From: Candidatus Pyrohabitans jungbluthii
Lineage (GTDB): Archaea > Hydrothermarchaeota > Hydrothermarchaeia > Hydrothermarchaeales > BMS3B
Assembly: GCA_002010065.2 (NCBI GenBank)
Contig: MTMD02000008.1
Span: 330,758-394,757 of the forward strand
Length of the DNA: 64,000 bases
Direction of reading: 5' to 3'
Shown: one piece after another, positions 38,599-47,751 of the stretch
How positions within the stretch are numbered: position 1 is the first letter of the stretch
How the letters are laid out: each line of letters starts with the position of its first letter
The notes under the pieces: model-generated
Databases searched by the model: none
Told to the model about the DNA's origin: nothing
What the model saw: the letters and a program-made list of their open reading frames with translations, nothing else
Program-made: the position numbers and the translations under genes

Positions 38599-39222
38599 TC
38601 AGGCACCCATCCCCACCTTCTCCCTGAGAAGGGCGATTATCCTGTCAAGAGACTCCGGATCAGGCATGAGAAAGATTTTCCCTGTTATCTGCTTCTGCTG
38701 GAACATGAACTTGGTTTTGAAAAGTATAACCTCATTCGCTTTTTGCGCCTGCTCGAGCATGATAAAGTCCAGAATGGCGACGCCCATATCAACTGCTAAA
38801 GCAGGAGGCGCGGGCATTATCTTCAATCCCAGAAAGTCTGCAAGTGCATTTGAGAAGTGAGAGGCCATTATGTTGCCCACCTCCTGTAAAACAGACACCT
38901 CCATATCGGAAAGCTCCTCCGATGCAGATGGCATACCTGTGATCTGGGTCACGAGTTCCACCACCGAGGCTATATCAAGGAGAAGCATTATGACACCGCA
39001 TATATCACCCTGAAGCTCCACATACACCCCAGCCACGAGGTCTTCTCCTCCCTCGCTGGCGAGCAGTTCTTCCACAGGCTTTATCTCAAGCGCCGGCACC
39101 TCTATGTCCACCTTAGTATTCGTCAGCTCAGCGAGGGAGTTTGTGGCGTGGCTAGCGCCAATGCTCCCCACCTCGCGCAACATATCCTTCTCAAGCTCGT
39201 TCAACATCACTTGCCCTACCAT
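38599..39222 (-). CDS. cheC: CheY-P phosphatase CheC
   Basis: DMLREVGSIG and SVLQEVGNIM motifs. Confidence 0.93.
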   Translation of the reverse strand: MVGQVMLNELEKDMLREVGSIGASHATNSLAELTNTKVDIEVPALEIKPVEELLASEGGEDLVAGVYVELQGDICGVIMLLLDIASVVELVTQITGMPSASEELSDMEVSVLQEVGNIMASHFSNALADFLGLKIMPAPPALAVDMGVAILDFIMLEQAQKANEVILFKTKFMFQQKQITGKIFLMPDPESLDRIIALLREKVGMGA

Positions 39223-41105
39223 TCTCCAACCCCCAGAGAAGCTATGTCAAGAATTAGAGACACTCTGCCATCGCCCAATATGGTTGAGCCTGCAAACCCA
39301 CGTACGTCCCTCAGCTTTCCATCCAGGCTCTTTATCACTATCTCCTGCTGTCCTATAAGCCCGTCAACCGCAAGGCCTATGAGGTTGCCTCCCTTCTCCA
39401 CTATCACAACGGGACGATTATGCTTGCTGTTGGTTCCCGAAGATTTTCCTAGAAGGGAGAGAAGGTCATACACCGGCAGAATCCTGCCCCTAAGCTGAAT
39501 AACCTCCTGTCCCATTACAGTACTTATATCCTCCGCCTTCACATTCAGAATCTCATTCACGTTGTTCAATGGAATGGCGTATATCTTCCCGCCAGCGGAG
39601 ATGAGCAACGCCTTTGTTATCGCAAGCGTTAGAGGCAGCTTGAGCACAAACCGTGTGCCCTTATCCACCTCAGATTCAAGCTCAACGGTCCCACCGAGGG
39701 AGAGTATCTTGTTTCTCACCACGTCAAGCCCAACGCCTCTACCTGAGATGTCGGTTACCTTATCCGCAGAGCTGAAGCCAGGGGTAAATATAAGCATCTT
39801 TGCTTCGTCGTCGGACATCTTTGCTGCTTCACTTTCGCTTATTAACCCCTTCTCGACGGCGATTCTCTTTATTTTCTCTGGGTCGATTCCTCTGCCGTCG
39901 TCCTCGACGATTATCTCAACGTGGTCCTTAACCCTCCTTGCCTTAAGTAGTATCCTTCCCTTCTCATCCTTTCCCTTTCTAACCCTCTCCTCCGGTGCCT
40001 CTATGCCATGGTCTATGCAGTTCCTGAGGAGGTGTACCAGAGGGTCACCTATCTCATCTAGCACCGTCCTGTCAAGCTCTATGTCCTTACCCTCAATCAC
40101 AAACTCAACAAGCTTTCCCTCCTTCTTGGCGAGATCTCTGACCATCCTCGGGAACCTGTCAAAGACATACCTCACCTCCACCATTCGCATCTCCTGTACC
40201 TCTTCCTGTAGGCTTGTGGTGAGTTTGTCAATGTAGGCAAGAGTTTCGTTGAGTTCGTCAATCGCATACTTGTTTTTAATTTGGAAGAGCCGGCTCTTGC
40301 TTATCACAAGCTCCCCAACGAGGTTCATCAGAGAATCTAGGCGCTCTATTGACACGCGCACCGTTTGCACGCTCTTTATATCTCCCACTTTTTTAGCCTT
40401 GCCCTCTTTTGCAGGTGACGCTTCACCTGAGTAAATCTCTACCCTGCTCACCTCGCTCACTTTTTTAAGCCTTGCCCTTATTTCCTCCTCGCTTGCGTTG
40501 GTTTTCAGAAATATTGAGAAGCTGCGGTCGAAGTTGCCGTCCTCCAGCTTCTCCTCGTCGGGGATGCATTTTACAATCTCTCCCAGCTCCCTGAGTTCCC
40601 TGAAAGCCATGTAAACCCTTACCGACTTAAGGGTGCAGTCCTCGTCAAGCTGTATATCAATCCTTTTAATCCCCTCCTCCGGCAAGGAGACCTCTACTTT
40701 CCTCCCCGCTGCATCTTTATCACCTTTCCTTTTTATTTGAGTGAATTTGCTCAGCTTCTGGCTAACCTCCTGGGCGTCGATGTTCTCCTCATCGCTCTCT
40801 GAGAGGGAATCCAGCGCCGACTCAAGAATATCCACAGCCTCGAACAGGACGTCTATAACCTCAGAGCTTATCTCCAGTTCTCCATTCCTAACTGCATCGA
40901 GAAGGTTTTCCATATCATGGGTTATCTGTGCCATGCCTTCGTAACCCATCGTAGCGGACATACCCTTAAGGGTATGGGCTGCCCTGAATATCTCTGTGAT
41001 AACCTCCTTATTGCCGGGATTCTTCTCCAGCTCCAGAAGCCCCTGAGTCAGAGAGTTGATGTGTTCCATCGACTCACTTATAAAGACGTCCTTATAGTTC
41101 TCCAT
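39216..41105 (-). CDS. cheA: Chemotaxis histidine kinase CheA
   Basis: FRAAHTLKG Hpt, P2 domain, LLRNCIDHG, SGRGVGLD, C-terminal CheW-like domain. Confidence 0.97.
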   Translation of the reverse strand: MENYKDVFISESMEHINSLTQGLLELEKNPGNKEVITEIFRAAHTLKGMSATMGYEGMAQITHDMENLLDAVRNGELEISSEVIDVLFEAVDILESALDSLSESDEENIDAQEVSQKLSKFTQIKRKGDKDAAGRKVEVSLPEEGIKRIDIQLDEDCTLKSVRVYMAFRELRELGEIVKCIPDEEKLEDGNFDRSFSIFLKTNASEEEIRARLKKVSEVSRVEIYSGEASPAKEGKAKKVGDIKSVQTVRVSIERLDSLMNLVGELVISKSRLFQIKNKYAIDELNETLAYIDKLTTSLQEEVQEMRMVEVRYVFDRFPRMVRDLAKKEGKLVEFVIEGKDIELDRTVLDEIGDPLVHLLRNCIDHGIEAPEERVRKGKDEKGRILLKARRVKDHVEIIVEDDGRGIDPEKIKRIAVEKGLISESEAAKMSDDEAKMLIFTPGFSSADKVTDISGRGVGLDVVRNKILSLGGTVELESEVDKGTRFVLKLPLTLAITKALLISAGGKIYAIPLNNVNEILNVKAEDISTVMGQEVIQLRGRILPVYDLLSLLGKSSGTNSKHNRPVVIVEKGGNLIGLAVDGLIGQQEIVIKSLDGKLRDVRGFAGSTILGDGRVSLILDIASLGVGEW

Positions 41106-41129
41106 GAACCCCTCCCCTTTGCCTCGAAG

Positions 41130-41486
41130 CTAGCAGAGCTTCTCAATTACCTCGAGCACCTTATTCTCCTTGAAGGGCTTCACAATGAAATCCCTTGCTC
41201 CAGCATCAAGCGCTTCCTTGACCATAGCCTCCTGTCCTAGGGCACTTACCATTACTATCTTCGCCTCCGGGTCAATTGCCATAATCTGCCGCACCGCCTC
41301 TATTCCATTCACTTCCGGCATTATTATGTCCATTGTTACAACGTCTGGCTTGAGCTCCGTATATTTCTTCACGCCTTCTGCGCCGTTCTGGGCCTCCCCA
41401 ACTATTTGATGCCCGTTTTTACCCAGAATGTTCTTCAGCATCATTCTCATAAAGGCAGCATCGTCCACAATCAACACCTTTGCCAT
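41130..41486 (-). CDS. cheY: Chemotaxis response regulator CheY
   Basis: VDDAAFMRMML, DIIMP, SALGQ, FIVKPF. Confidence 0.95.
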   Translation of the reverse strand: MAKVLIVDDAAFMRMMLKNILGKNGHQIVGEAQNGAEGVKKYTELKPDVVTMDIIMPEVNGIEAVRQIMAIDPEAKIVMVSALGQEAMVKEALDAGARDFIVKPFKENKVLEVIEKLC

Positions 41487-41490
41487 GTCC

Positions 41491-42699
41491 TCACCTCCTC
41501 CTGTTTACTGGAAGTATGACCTTGCACGTGCACCCTCTGTTGCGCCCCATGCTCTCAATCTTAATACTCCCCCCATGAAACTCTATTATCTTCCTAGCAA
41601 GCGTTAATCCAAGACCTATTCCGGGATACTTCCGTGATGTAGAGGAGTCCTCCTGGTAAAAGGGTTCAAAAATCCTCTCTAGGTTCTCCTCTGCTATACC
41701 TACGCCCGTGTCCTCCACCGCTATCTCCACCATCCCATTCCTTACATGTGTGCTCACTCTGACCAAGCCCCCTCGCTTGTTAAACTTTATGGAGTTGTCA
41801 ATTATTTGCTCAACCGCATAGATTAAATAGGCGGGGTCTACCTCCACCTTTGGCAGGTCTCGAAGCTCCATCTCAACTCTCACACCCCTCTGCATGGCAA
41901 AGGGAAGCTTTTCTTTTACAGCTTTCTGGACCAGAGTGGAGATGTTCTCTCTCCTGAACATAAGTGTCATGACGCCGCGCCGGATCTTGGATAGCTCAAG
42001 CATCCCGTCTATTATCCGGTTCTCACGCATGAGGTTTCTCCTTGCCATTAGCAGGATTCTCTTCCTCTTCTCCGTATCCTCCTCTTCTAATGCCAGGTCG
42101 ATGCACCCAAGGGAGATGGTGAGGGGAGTTTTCAGCTCATGGGAAACAATGGCGAGGATGTCACTGGTTACACCTTCAAGGTCTCTCAGCCTCCTGTTGA
42201 CACTCAAAAGCCTAGAATACGATCTTTCAAGTTCCGACTTAAGCCTCCGTATTACCCCTGAAAAGTCGGCTATCGCCACTAGAACCCTTCTGACATTTCC
42301 TCCTGAATCTCTGATCGGATAAAAAGTAAACTGATACGGCCCCGGAATGCCAGTGCATGGTTGCTTATCAATTATGTTGAGAGGCTCACCTGAGGCAAAG
42401 GTCTGGAGAACCGGACAGGAATGCGCAGAGAATACGCAGTTGAATATCACCCTGCAAGAGGAGCAAACCAGTTTGTCCATGGGCATGTGCACAAGCTTTG
42501 CGAACTCATCGTTGCATGAGCATACCCTCAGCCTGCTGTCTATCTCAACTATAGCGATTCCTACTACCCCTCCCCTATCCACAAGGGCAGTCCTGAGTTT
42601 GGCGTTCTTGCGGCTATCTAAGGCTGCGTGTGCAGATACCCCAAAATACTTGGCAACTGAGGTGTAATCCCCCCTTCCCATGTCTATCATTCTCTCCAA
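41491..42699 (-). CDS. Cys-rich PAS-domain sensor histidine kinase
   Basis: PAS with several Cys, SHELKTPL, DNSIKF, DTGVG, GLGL. Confidence 0.9.
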   Translation of the reverse strand: MERMIDMGRGDYTSVAKYFGVSAHAALDSRKNAKLRTALVDRGGVVGIAIVEIDSRLRVCSCNDEFAKLVHMPMDKLVCSSCRVIFNCVFSAHSCPVLQTFASGEPLNIIDKQPCTGIPGPYQFTFYPIRDSGGNVRRVLVAIADFSGVIRRLKSELERSYSRLLSVNRRLRDLEGVTSDILAIVSHELKTPLTISLGCIDLALEEEDTEKRKRILLMARRNLMRENRIIDGMLELSKIRRGVMTLMFRRENISTLVQKAVKEKLPFAMQRGVRVEMELRDLPKVEVDPAYLIYAVEQIIDNSIKFNKRGGLVRVSTHVRNGMVEIAVEDTGVGIAEENLERIFEPFYQEDSSTSRKYPGIGLGLTLARKIIEFHGGSIKIESMGRNRGCTCKVILPVNRRR

Positions 42700-42733
42700 A
42701 TTTAAAGAGAGGTGAAGGTTAATAAAGGTTATT

Positions 42734-42986
42734 TTTCAGGACTCAAAACAGAAAAAAGAAGAGAATGGAGATACCCCTCTGCTCACTGTGGCCCATGAGT
42801 CTGCTCTTCCAACTCATAGGTGATGCTCTGGCCTCTTGTGCTATAATAGACGATCTTATCCCCCACTATCTCAAAGGCATCGTATCGCATCCTCTTACCC
42901 CCCAACACTTGTTTTTCAGGTCTTTAAATAAAGTTTATTTTTCGGATCTTGAACAACGGGTATTATCACAGTTTCGGCTACCGAAA
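42734..42986. promoter_or_regulatory. Three TTTCG-N5-CGAAA boxes
   Basis: 42734-42748 (-, HK-che operon), 42940-42954 (-, micro-ORF), 42972-42986 (+, perfect, receiver-HK operon); each 7 nt from a TATA-like element. Confidence 0.72.
42783..42890 (-). CDS. 35-aa microprotein (not in ORF track)
   Basis: MRYDAFEIVGDKIVYYSTRGQSITYELEEQTHGPQ; preceded by box, TATA and G-rich SD. Confidence 0.5.
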   Translation of the reverse strand: MRYDAFEIVGDKIVYYSTRGQSITYELEEQTHGPQ

Positions 42987-43065
42987 AGTTAAGTTAATAT
43001 ATATAGTTTAAATATTCCTTAGTGATATATACTGTTGAAAAATCCATAGTTCGGAGGATTAAAAT

Positions 43066-43488
43066 TTGAAAAAAATTTTAATTGTTGACGACGAAAAGGA
43101 GATAACCCATCTTGTGAAAAAGCTTCTGGAGCCTGAGGGTCTCGAAGTAATTACCGCAAACTCTGGAAAGGAAGCTCTGTCACTTCTCAAATCCTTTACT
43201 CCAGACTTTATATTTCTCGACCTTTTCATGCCCGAGATGTCGGGCTGGGATTTGCTGAAAGAGATAAGGAAGAAGCTGAAGGATGTGCCCGTGGCAATGC
43301 TCACTGTTCAGCCCCTTTACGAATCGATTGAGAGGGAAGAAGTTGAGGAGATAGTTGACTACATAACAAAGCCCTTTGACAAGGTGGATTTGATAGAAAC
43401 TCTAAAGCAAATTCCCGACTTTTTTGCGGAGGGAGATAATGCTGGAGGGGGAGATTCCAAACAGGAAACTGGTGGAGAGGATAGTTGA
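43066..43488 (+). CDS. Single-domain response regulator receiver
   Basis: IVDDE, DLFMP, MLTV, KPF; TTG start. Confidence 0.9.
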   Translation: MKKILIVDDEKEITHLVKKLLEPEGLEVITANSGKEALSLLKSFTPDFIFLDLFMPEMSGWDLLKEIRKKLKDVPVAMLTVQPLYESIEREEVEEIVDYITKPFDKVDLIETLKQIPDFFAEGDNAGGGDSKQETGGEDS

Positions 43489-44557
43489 GCTGTCAGCAGA
43501 TGCGATGTTGCTCCTGGATTCCAGAGGTAAAGTGACGTATAGCATATGCAGCCCTTCTTTCAATCTCTGCAGCGAGCTTATGGGAAAGCCTCTGCTTGAG
43601 CTCTGGTTGCCTGAACTCAGGCGTGAGGGAGAGAGAATTATCCACGCGGCTATGCATGGAAGGATGCTCAGGGGCATAATCTCAGGGTGGAAATCAAGCG
43701 GCCATGAGCCAGTAGTGGTTAGCCTCTCCCTCGCACCACTGGATGAGGAAAACCCTGAGAGTGGTGTGATTGTAATTGTAAGGGACATAACCAGAGAAGT
43801 GGAGGCAGAGAAGAGGGTTAGCAGATACATTCACGAATTGATGGAGTACGTTAAGCACGTGGAGAACTCGAACCAGCTTAAAGATACCTTCGCAGATATA
43901 ATGCGGCATGACCTGCTTAATCCCCTCTCTGCAATTAAAAGTGTGGCTTCCACAGGCAATATTGGAAAGGAAGGCATAGAGCTTATAAAAAAGAGTGTGG
44001 AGAGGATAGAAAAAATAGTTTCCACCTTCTCCAAGTATGCCCTCCTGCATAGCCTTGAGGACCTTGACTTCCAGGAAGACAACCTCGCAAAGATGCTGGA
44101 CGAGGTTGTGGATATGCTGGCACCTGTGGCAGAGGAGAAGGGGATAAGCATTGTGAGAAACTACCCTGCTGAAATCAGGGCACGTTTCAGCCCTTTTCTT
44201 GAAGAGGCAGTCGCCAACCTGCTTTCAAATGCGATAAAGTTCAGCCCCCCTCGCGGAGAGGTAACCCTTGAGGTTCTCGTGGACAAGTTTTACTTAACAA
44301 TAAGGGTAAAAGATCAGGGCATCGGCGTGCCTGACAGGTACAAGAAAAGTATATTTGAGCGCTTCGTGAGGGGTAAAAAGGAAGGCATTCAGGGCTCAGG
44401 GCTTGGTTTGGCGATTGTGAAGCGCATAGCAGAACTCCACTCCGGCGAGGTGTGGGTGGAAGATAACGTGGTGGAGTACCAGGATAACTCGGGCAGGGTG
44501 CATCAGAAGAAGCGGGGAAGTGTTTTTGTGCTCAGGATACCTCGAGGTGTGGGATAG
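43424..44557 (+). CDS. PAS-domain sensor histidine kinase
   Basis: PAS..VRDIT, RHDLLNPL, NLLSNAIKF, DQGIG, GSGLGL. Confidence 0.92.
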   Translation: MRREIMLEGEIPNRKLVERIVELSADAMLLLDSRGKVTYSICSPSFNLCSELMGKPLLELWLPELRREGERIIHAAMHGRMLRGIISGWKSSGHEPVVVSLSLAPLDEENPESGVIVIVRDITREVEAEKRVSRYIHELMEYVKHVENSNQLKDTFADIMRHDLLNPLSAIKSVASTGNIGKEGIELIKKSVERIEKIVSTFSKYALLHSLEDLDFQEDNLAKMLDEVVDMLAPVAEEKGISIVRNYPAEIRARFSPFLEEAVANLLSNAIKFSPPRGEVTLEVLVDKFYLTIRVKDQGIGVPDRYKKSIFERFVRGKKEGIQGSGLGLAIVKRIAELHSGEVWVEDNVVEYQDNSGRVHQKKRGSVFVLRIPRGVG

Positions 44558-44933
44558 AAAAAAATAAGGTACGCTTCCCAACTTCTTTAATGCCTTCGAC
44601 CACAGTCTTACCGTGCTGGTGAACTTTGACTCGACGATTATAAAGGTGTCGCTCCTCCGCAAGGCACAGTAGATTACTTCATCGGCTGAGCCTCAGTTGT
44701 GTGGTTTTGGCAACAGAACCGACCTTTACAACCTAAAATAGAGCGCTATCCCGGAGTTCAACTAGTTCAATAGGAGGGAAATATGGCTGCATATACCCCA
44801 CATCACCATTTATAAAATTCTCCAGTAAGCAGGACTGGTGTGGTGGAATGAGGTGTAAAATTAATTAGGGATACTAAACTTGACATAACTTCGATACCCT
44901 TTTCAATGGTGAATGTTCACGATCTCGATCAGC

Positions 44934-45065
44934 CTAAGCTCCCATAACTTTTATATATCTCCCCTTCCACAGCCTAGAATCCCATCCACAACTTGGACAG
45001 AAGCGACTCTTATCCTGGTTAAATGGTCTTTTACAACTTAAGCACTTGTACAGTCTTTTTCCCAC
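44934..45065 (-). CDS. 43-aa Zn-ribbon microprotein (not in ORF track)
   Basis: MGKRLYKCLSCKRPFNQDKSRFCPSCGWDSRLWKGRYIKVMGA; GTG start after a GAGGAGG SD. Confidence 0.72.
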   Translation of the reverse strand: MGKRLYKCLSCKRPFNQDKSRFCPSCGWDSRLWKGRYIKVMGA

Positions 45066-45104
45066 GGTCTATGCCTCCTCATCCCCCTACATCCCATTTT
45101 TATT

Positions 45105-46451
45105 TTATATTTCCCAAGGTGGCTTCTCCTCTGATTCCTGCATGCTCTCCTTTCTGCTTTTGATCCGCTCCTCTATCTTAGCCATGTCATCCCAGTCTTC
45201 CTGAACCTCCTCCTTCGCTGGATATGCGTTCCTCGCAAAGGTGAGGAACACCTCGCCTAGAGGAGTCATCTTAACCTCGGTAGCTGCCCGCTGCACAATC
45301 CCGTAGTATTCCAGCACCTTCAGCGCTTCGTTCACCTCCTCTTTTGGCAGGTCGCTTTTCTGCACAATCTCCTGAAGCTGCATGGTGCCCTTCTCCAGAA
45401 GATTCAGAAGCACAATATCGCTCGCCGTTGGTAGCACCGAGAAGGCATCTATCTGCTCAAGGGTAATTTCATACACACACGCAGCGCCACCTGCGTTTCT
45501 GCACTCTACCTCCCTTATTGTGACGCCAATCTTCAGGTTCTCCATGAAGAACCTTCCCACTGCCGTCGAAGTTGTGTGACATGCCCCACCCGGCACCATT
45601 GCACAAACGTGGCAGCCCTCCACACGGAGGCGGTAGGTTAGCGGTGCCTTGCTTTGGAGCGAGACCTTTTCGCCAATTCCCGCGCGCATGAGCATGTTCT
45701 CAATCAGGAGCCGAAGCCTGTCATCCTCGAAAACACCTGTCGCGGAAGAGCGCAGAAATGCTCGCCTCGCAGCCACTGGCACTGTGATACTTTCAAGGAA
45801 ATCATTAACCCTCTCTTCAACCTCAAATAATTTCTCAAAGCTTCCCAGCAGCTCTGAGAAGTTCAGAGGTTCCTCCTCAAACCCCTGAAGCTCAACATTC
45901 ATTATCCTCCGGATGTCCTCCTCATTCAGATAGAAATACAGGTGACAGTAGGTGAAATCAGAATCCTGCAGGGAAGTACTGAAAAAGAGCACACCCTCCT
46001 TATTTACGCCGAGAGCTGCAAGAAGGTCCGGAATTGAGCGAATTCTGCCTGCGCTCAAATCTGGAGAGGAGATTTTCACCTTCACCCCAAAAAAATCAGA
46101 AATCGCCTTTACGAAGGAACCTGCCATCTTTCTGCCTACTTCCTGGAGCATACCATCAAGCTCCGAAACGGAACCGGGATTACCAATACACTGACCTACT
46201 TTCAGCGCACCCTTAATAGGAAAAAAGAAGAGAAGGGTACCTGTTATTGCATCTCCAAAGGTATAGACGCTGACAATCACCCCCTCCTCTCCCACCTTCT
46301 CCGCCATATCCTTCCCCGCTATTACGTCTATCACCGGCGGCGTTATTGACACCTTTGCGCTCAGCATATCCGAGAGGGAGCTTGCAGAGTGGCTAGAGCC
46401 AATGTTTCCAACCTCACGCAGCGCATCCTTAGCAAAACTGCTGAGGTTCAC
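45105..46451 (-). CDS. CheC-like / V4R / winged-helix fusion protein
   Basis: DALREVGNIG (CheC); GCHVC..ACH..EVECRNAGGAACVYEI (V4R); LLNLL..QEIV..EEVNEALKVL..GIV..MTPLG (wHTH). Confidence 0.8.
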   Translation of the reverse strand: MNLSSFAKDALREVGNIGSSHSASSLSDMLSAKVSITPPVIDVIAGKDMAEKVGEEGVIVSVYTFGDAITGTLLFFFPIKGALKVGQCIGNPGSVSELDGMLQEVGRKMAGSFVKAISDFFGVKVKISSPDLSAGRIRSIPDLLAALGVNKEGVLFFSTSLQDSDFTYCHLYFYLNEEDIRRIMNVELQGFEEEPLNFSELLGSFEKLFEVEERVNDFLESITVPVAARRAFLRSSATGVFEDDRLRLLIENMLMRAGIGEKVSLQSKAPLTYRLRVEGCHVCAMVPGGACHTTSTAVGRFFMENLKIGVTIREVECRNAGGAACVYEITLEQIDAFSVLPTASDIVLLNLLEKGTMQLQEIVQKSDLPKEEVNEALKVLEYYGIVQRAATEVKMTPLGEVFLTFARNAYPAKEEVQEDWDDMAKIEERIKSRKESMQESEEKPPWEI

Positions 46452-46978
46452 TTATACCCCTCCTCCATCATTATGAGCTTCCCCTTCTCTGTGAGTATCC
46501 CTGCCTCTGTGCATATCCCCTCTCGCTTAAACTCCTCCAGAATGCTCACTATCTCATCGTAATCACGCTTGACAAGGGGCATTATGTTCTCAGGCCTCCT
46601 CACACCGTGATAAAGCGCCTTAAGCACCAGCCTCTTGGCGTCGGTAAATTTAATGGCGCCCACGGTATCAGAGGCCGTGGGGAGCACGCTCATTAGGGCG
46701 TTGTAGAGGGAATAGACCTTTGGCTTCTTTCCCCCTATAAAGGTCTTGGTGTTGTCGATAACCATCACCAAGATAGAGTTTCCGCCGGCGGCGTCCTTTA
46801 TCTCAGAGATGCTGACATGCTCATTGGGTATCTTTTTCCAGCCCTTATCTGTCTTTATCCAAACGTTCAAATCCGTTGAAGCAAGAACTATCTTCTTCCA
46901 GTCCTTAAAATTCGTTGAGAAGTACACATTCTCCACTTTAAAGAGAAGCTTCTCCTGCTCCGCCATGATTAGCCCCAC
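46448..46978 (-). CDS. Shortened CheF-like taxis adaptor
   Basis: One beta-rich N-domain (WKKIVLAST..KKIP) plus CheF-type C-terminus VLKALYHG..DEIVSILEEF..LTEKG. Confidence 0.6.
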   Translation of the reverse strand: MGLIMAEQEKLLFKVENVYFSTNFKDWKKIVLASTDLNVWIKTDKGWKKIPNEHVSISEIKDAAGGNSILVMVIDNTKTFIGGKKPKVYSLYNALMSVLPTASDTVGAIKFTDAKRLVLKALYHGVRRPENIMPLVKRDYDEIVSILEEFKREGICTEAGILTEKGKLIMMEEGYK

Positions 46979-47652
46979 TCAGAGATGTACTTCTTGCCGA
47001 AGGAACTGGGCGCCGTTTTCTTTACCGTGGTGGTCTGCCCTGCTTTTGGCTGAAGAATCAGGGTGAACTCCTGGTCGGGCTGAATGGGCAGATCGTTGCC
47101 CAGGTTGTCCTCAATCCAGTAGATTATCTCTACTATCTCGCTCTGCTCCAGTACAGAGTTGGGATTCTGGGGGTTCTTGTCCTTTATCCTTCTTATGTAG
47201 AACTGAGCCACGTCGGTGTCTGTACCATTTATAACATTCTCGGCTTTTGAAATTTCGTCAGTAAGACTAAGAATCCCCTGCGAGGCGTTGTTGCTTCCGG
47301 TGCCATTGAACTTTATGCCCACAATGTAGTTATCGCCGGAATGGTAGGCAAGCACCATATCCTCGTACTTCACATCCCCACTTCCTGCGGCAAGCTGCAC
47401 GCGTAGTATTACCGCATTTATTCTCTCCCGAGATGTATCGTTCACATAACCTATTACATCCACAACCTTTACATTCGTCGAGACTTCTTTGGTTGCTTGC
47501 TCACCCGTTACAGTGGCCTTCTGTTGAAGTCCACCAGAAGTGCGAAGCAGCACACCTGCTGCGACCGCAGCCACGAGAACCATGGCTATGAAGATTATCA
47601 GCGTGCCAATACCCACCTGCGCCCTGCGACAGGATAGCAAATTCCTCCCCAT
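46969..47652 (-). CDS. arlB: Archaellin
   Basis: RRA/QVGIGTLIIFIAMVLVAAVAAGVLL. Confidence 0.95.
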   Translation of the reverse strand: MGRNLLSCRRAQVGIGTLIIFIAMVLVAAVAAGVLLRTSGGLQQKATVTGEQATKEVSTNVKVVDVIGYVNDTSRERINAVILRVQLAAGSGDVKYEDMVLAYHSGDNYIVGIKFNGTGSNNASQGILSLTDEISKAENVINGTDTDVAQFYIRRIKDKNPQNPNSVLEQSEIVEIIYWIEDNLGNDLPIQPDQEFTLILQPKAGQTTTVKKTAPSSFGKKYISEWG

Positions 47653-47701
47653 TTTATCTCCCCGTGTATAGTGTGAATAAATGAGAATTATAAAGGTTAT
47701 T

Positions 47702-47716
47702 TTTTGGATTTCGAAA
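47702..47716 (-). promoter_or_regulatory. TTTCG-N5-CGAAA box upstream of the archaellin-cheF-cheC/V4R operon
   Basis: On the minus strand TTTCG AAATC CAAAA, 7 nt, TTTATAAT. Confidence 0.7.
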
Positions 47717-47751
47717 ATTAAATAAAAAAGAAAAAGAGAGATTTTTCTTGT

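Noticed and set aside
44396-44700. Possible nuclease pseudogene fragment (DEVIYCALRRSDTFIIVESK)
   Set aside because: Too short, has an upstream stop, and runs antisense into the kinase gene; it cannot be supported.
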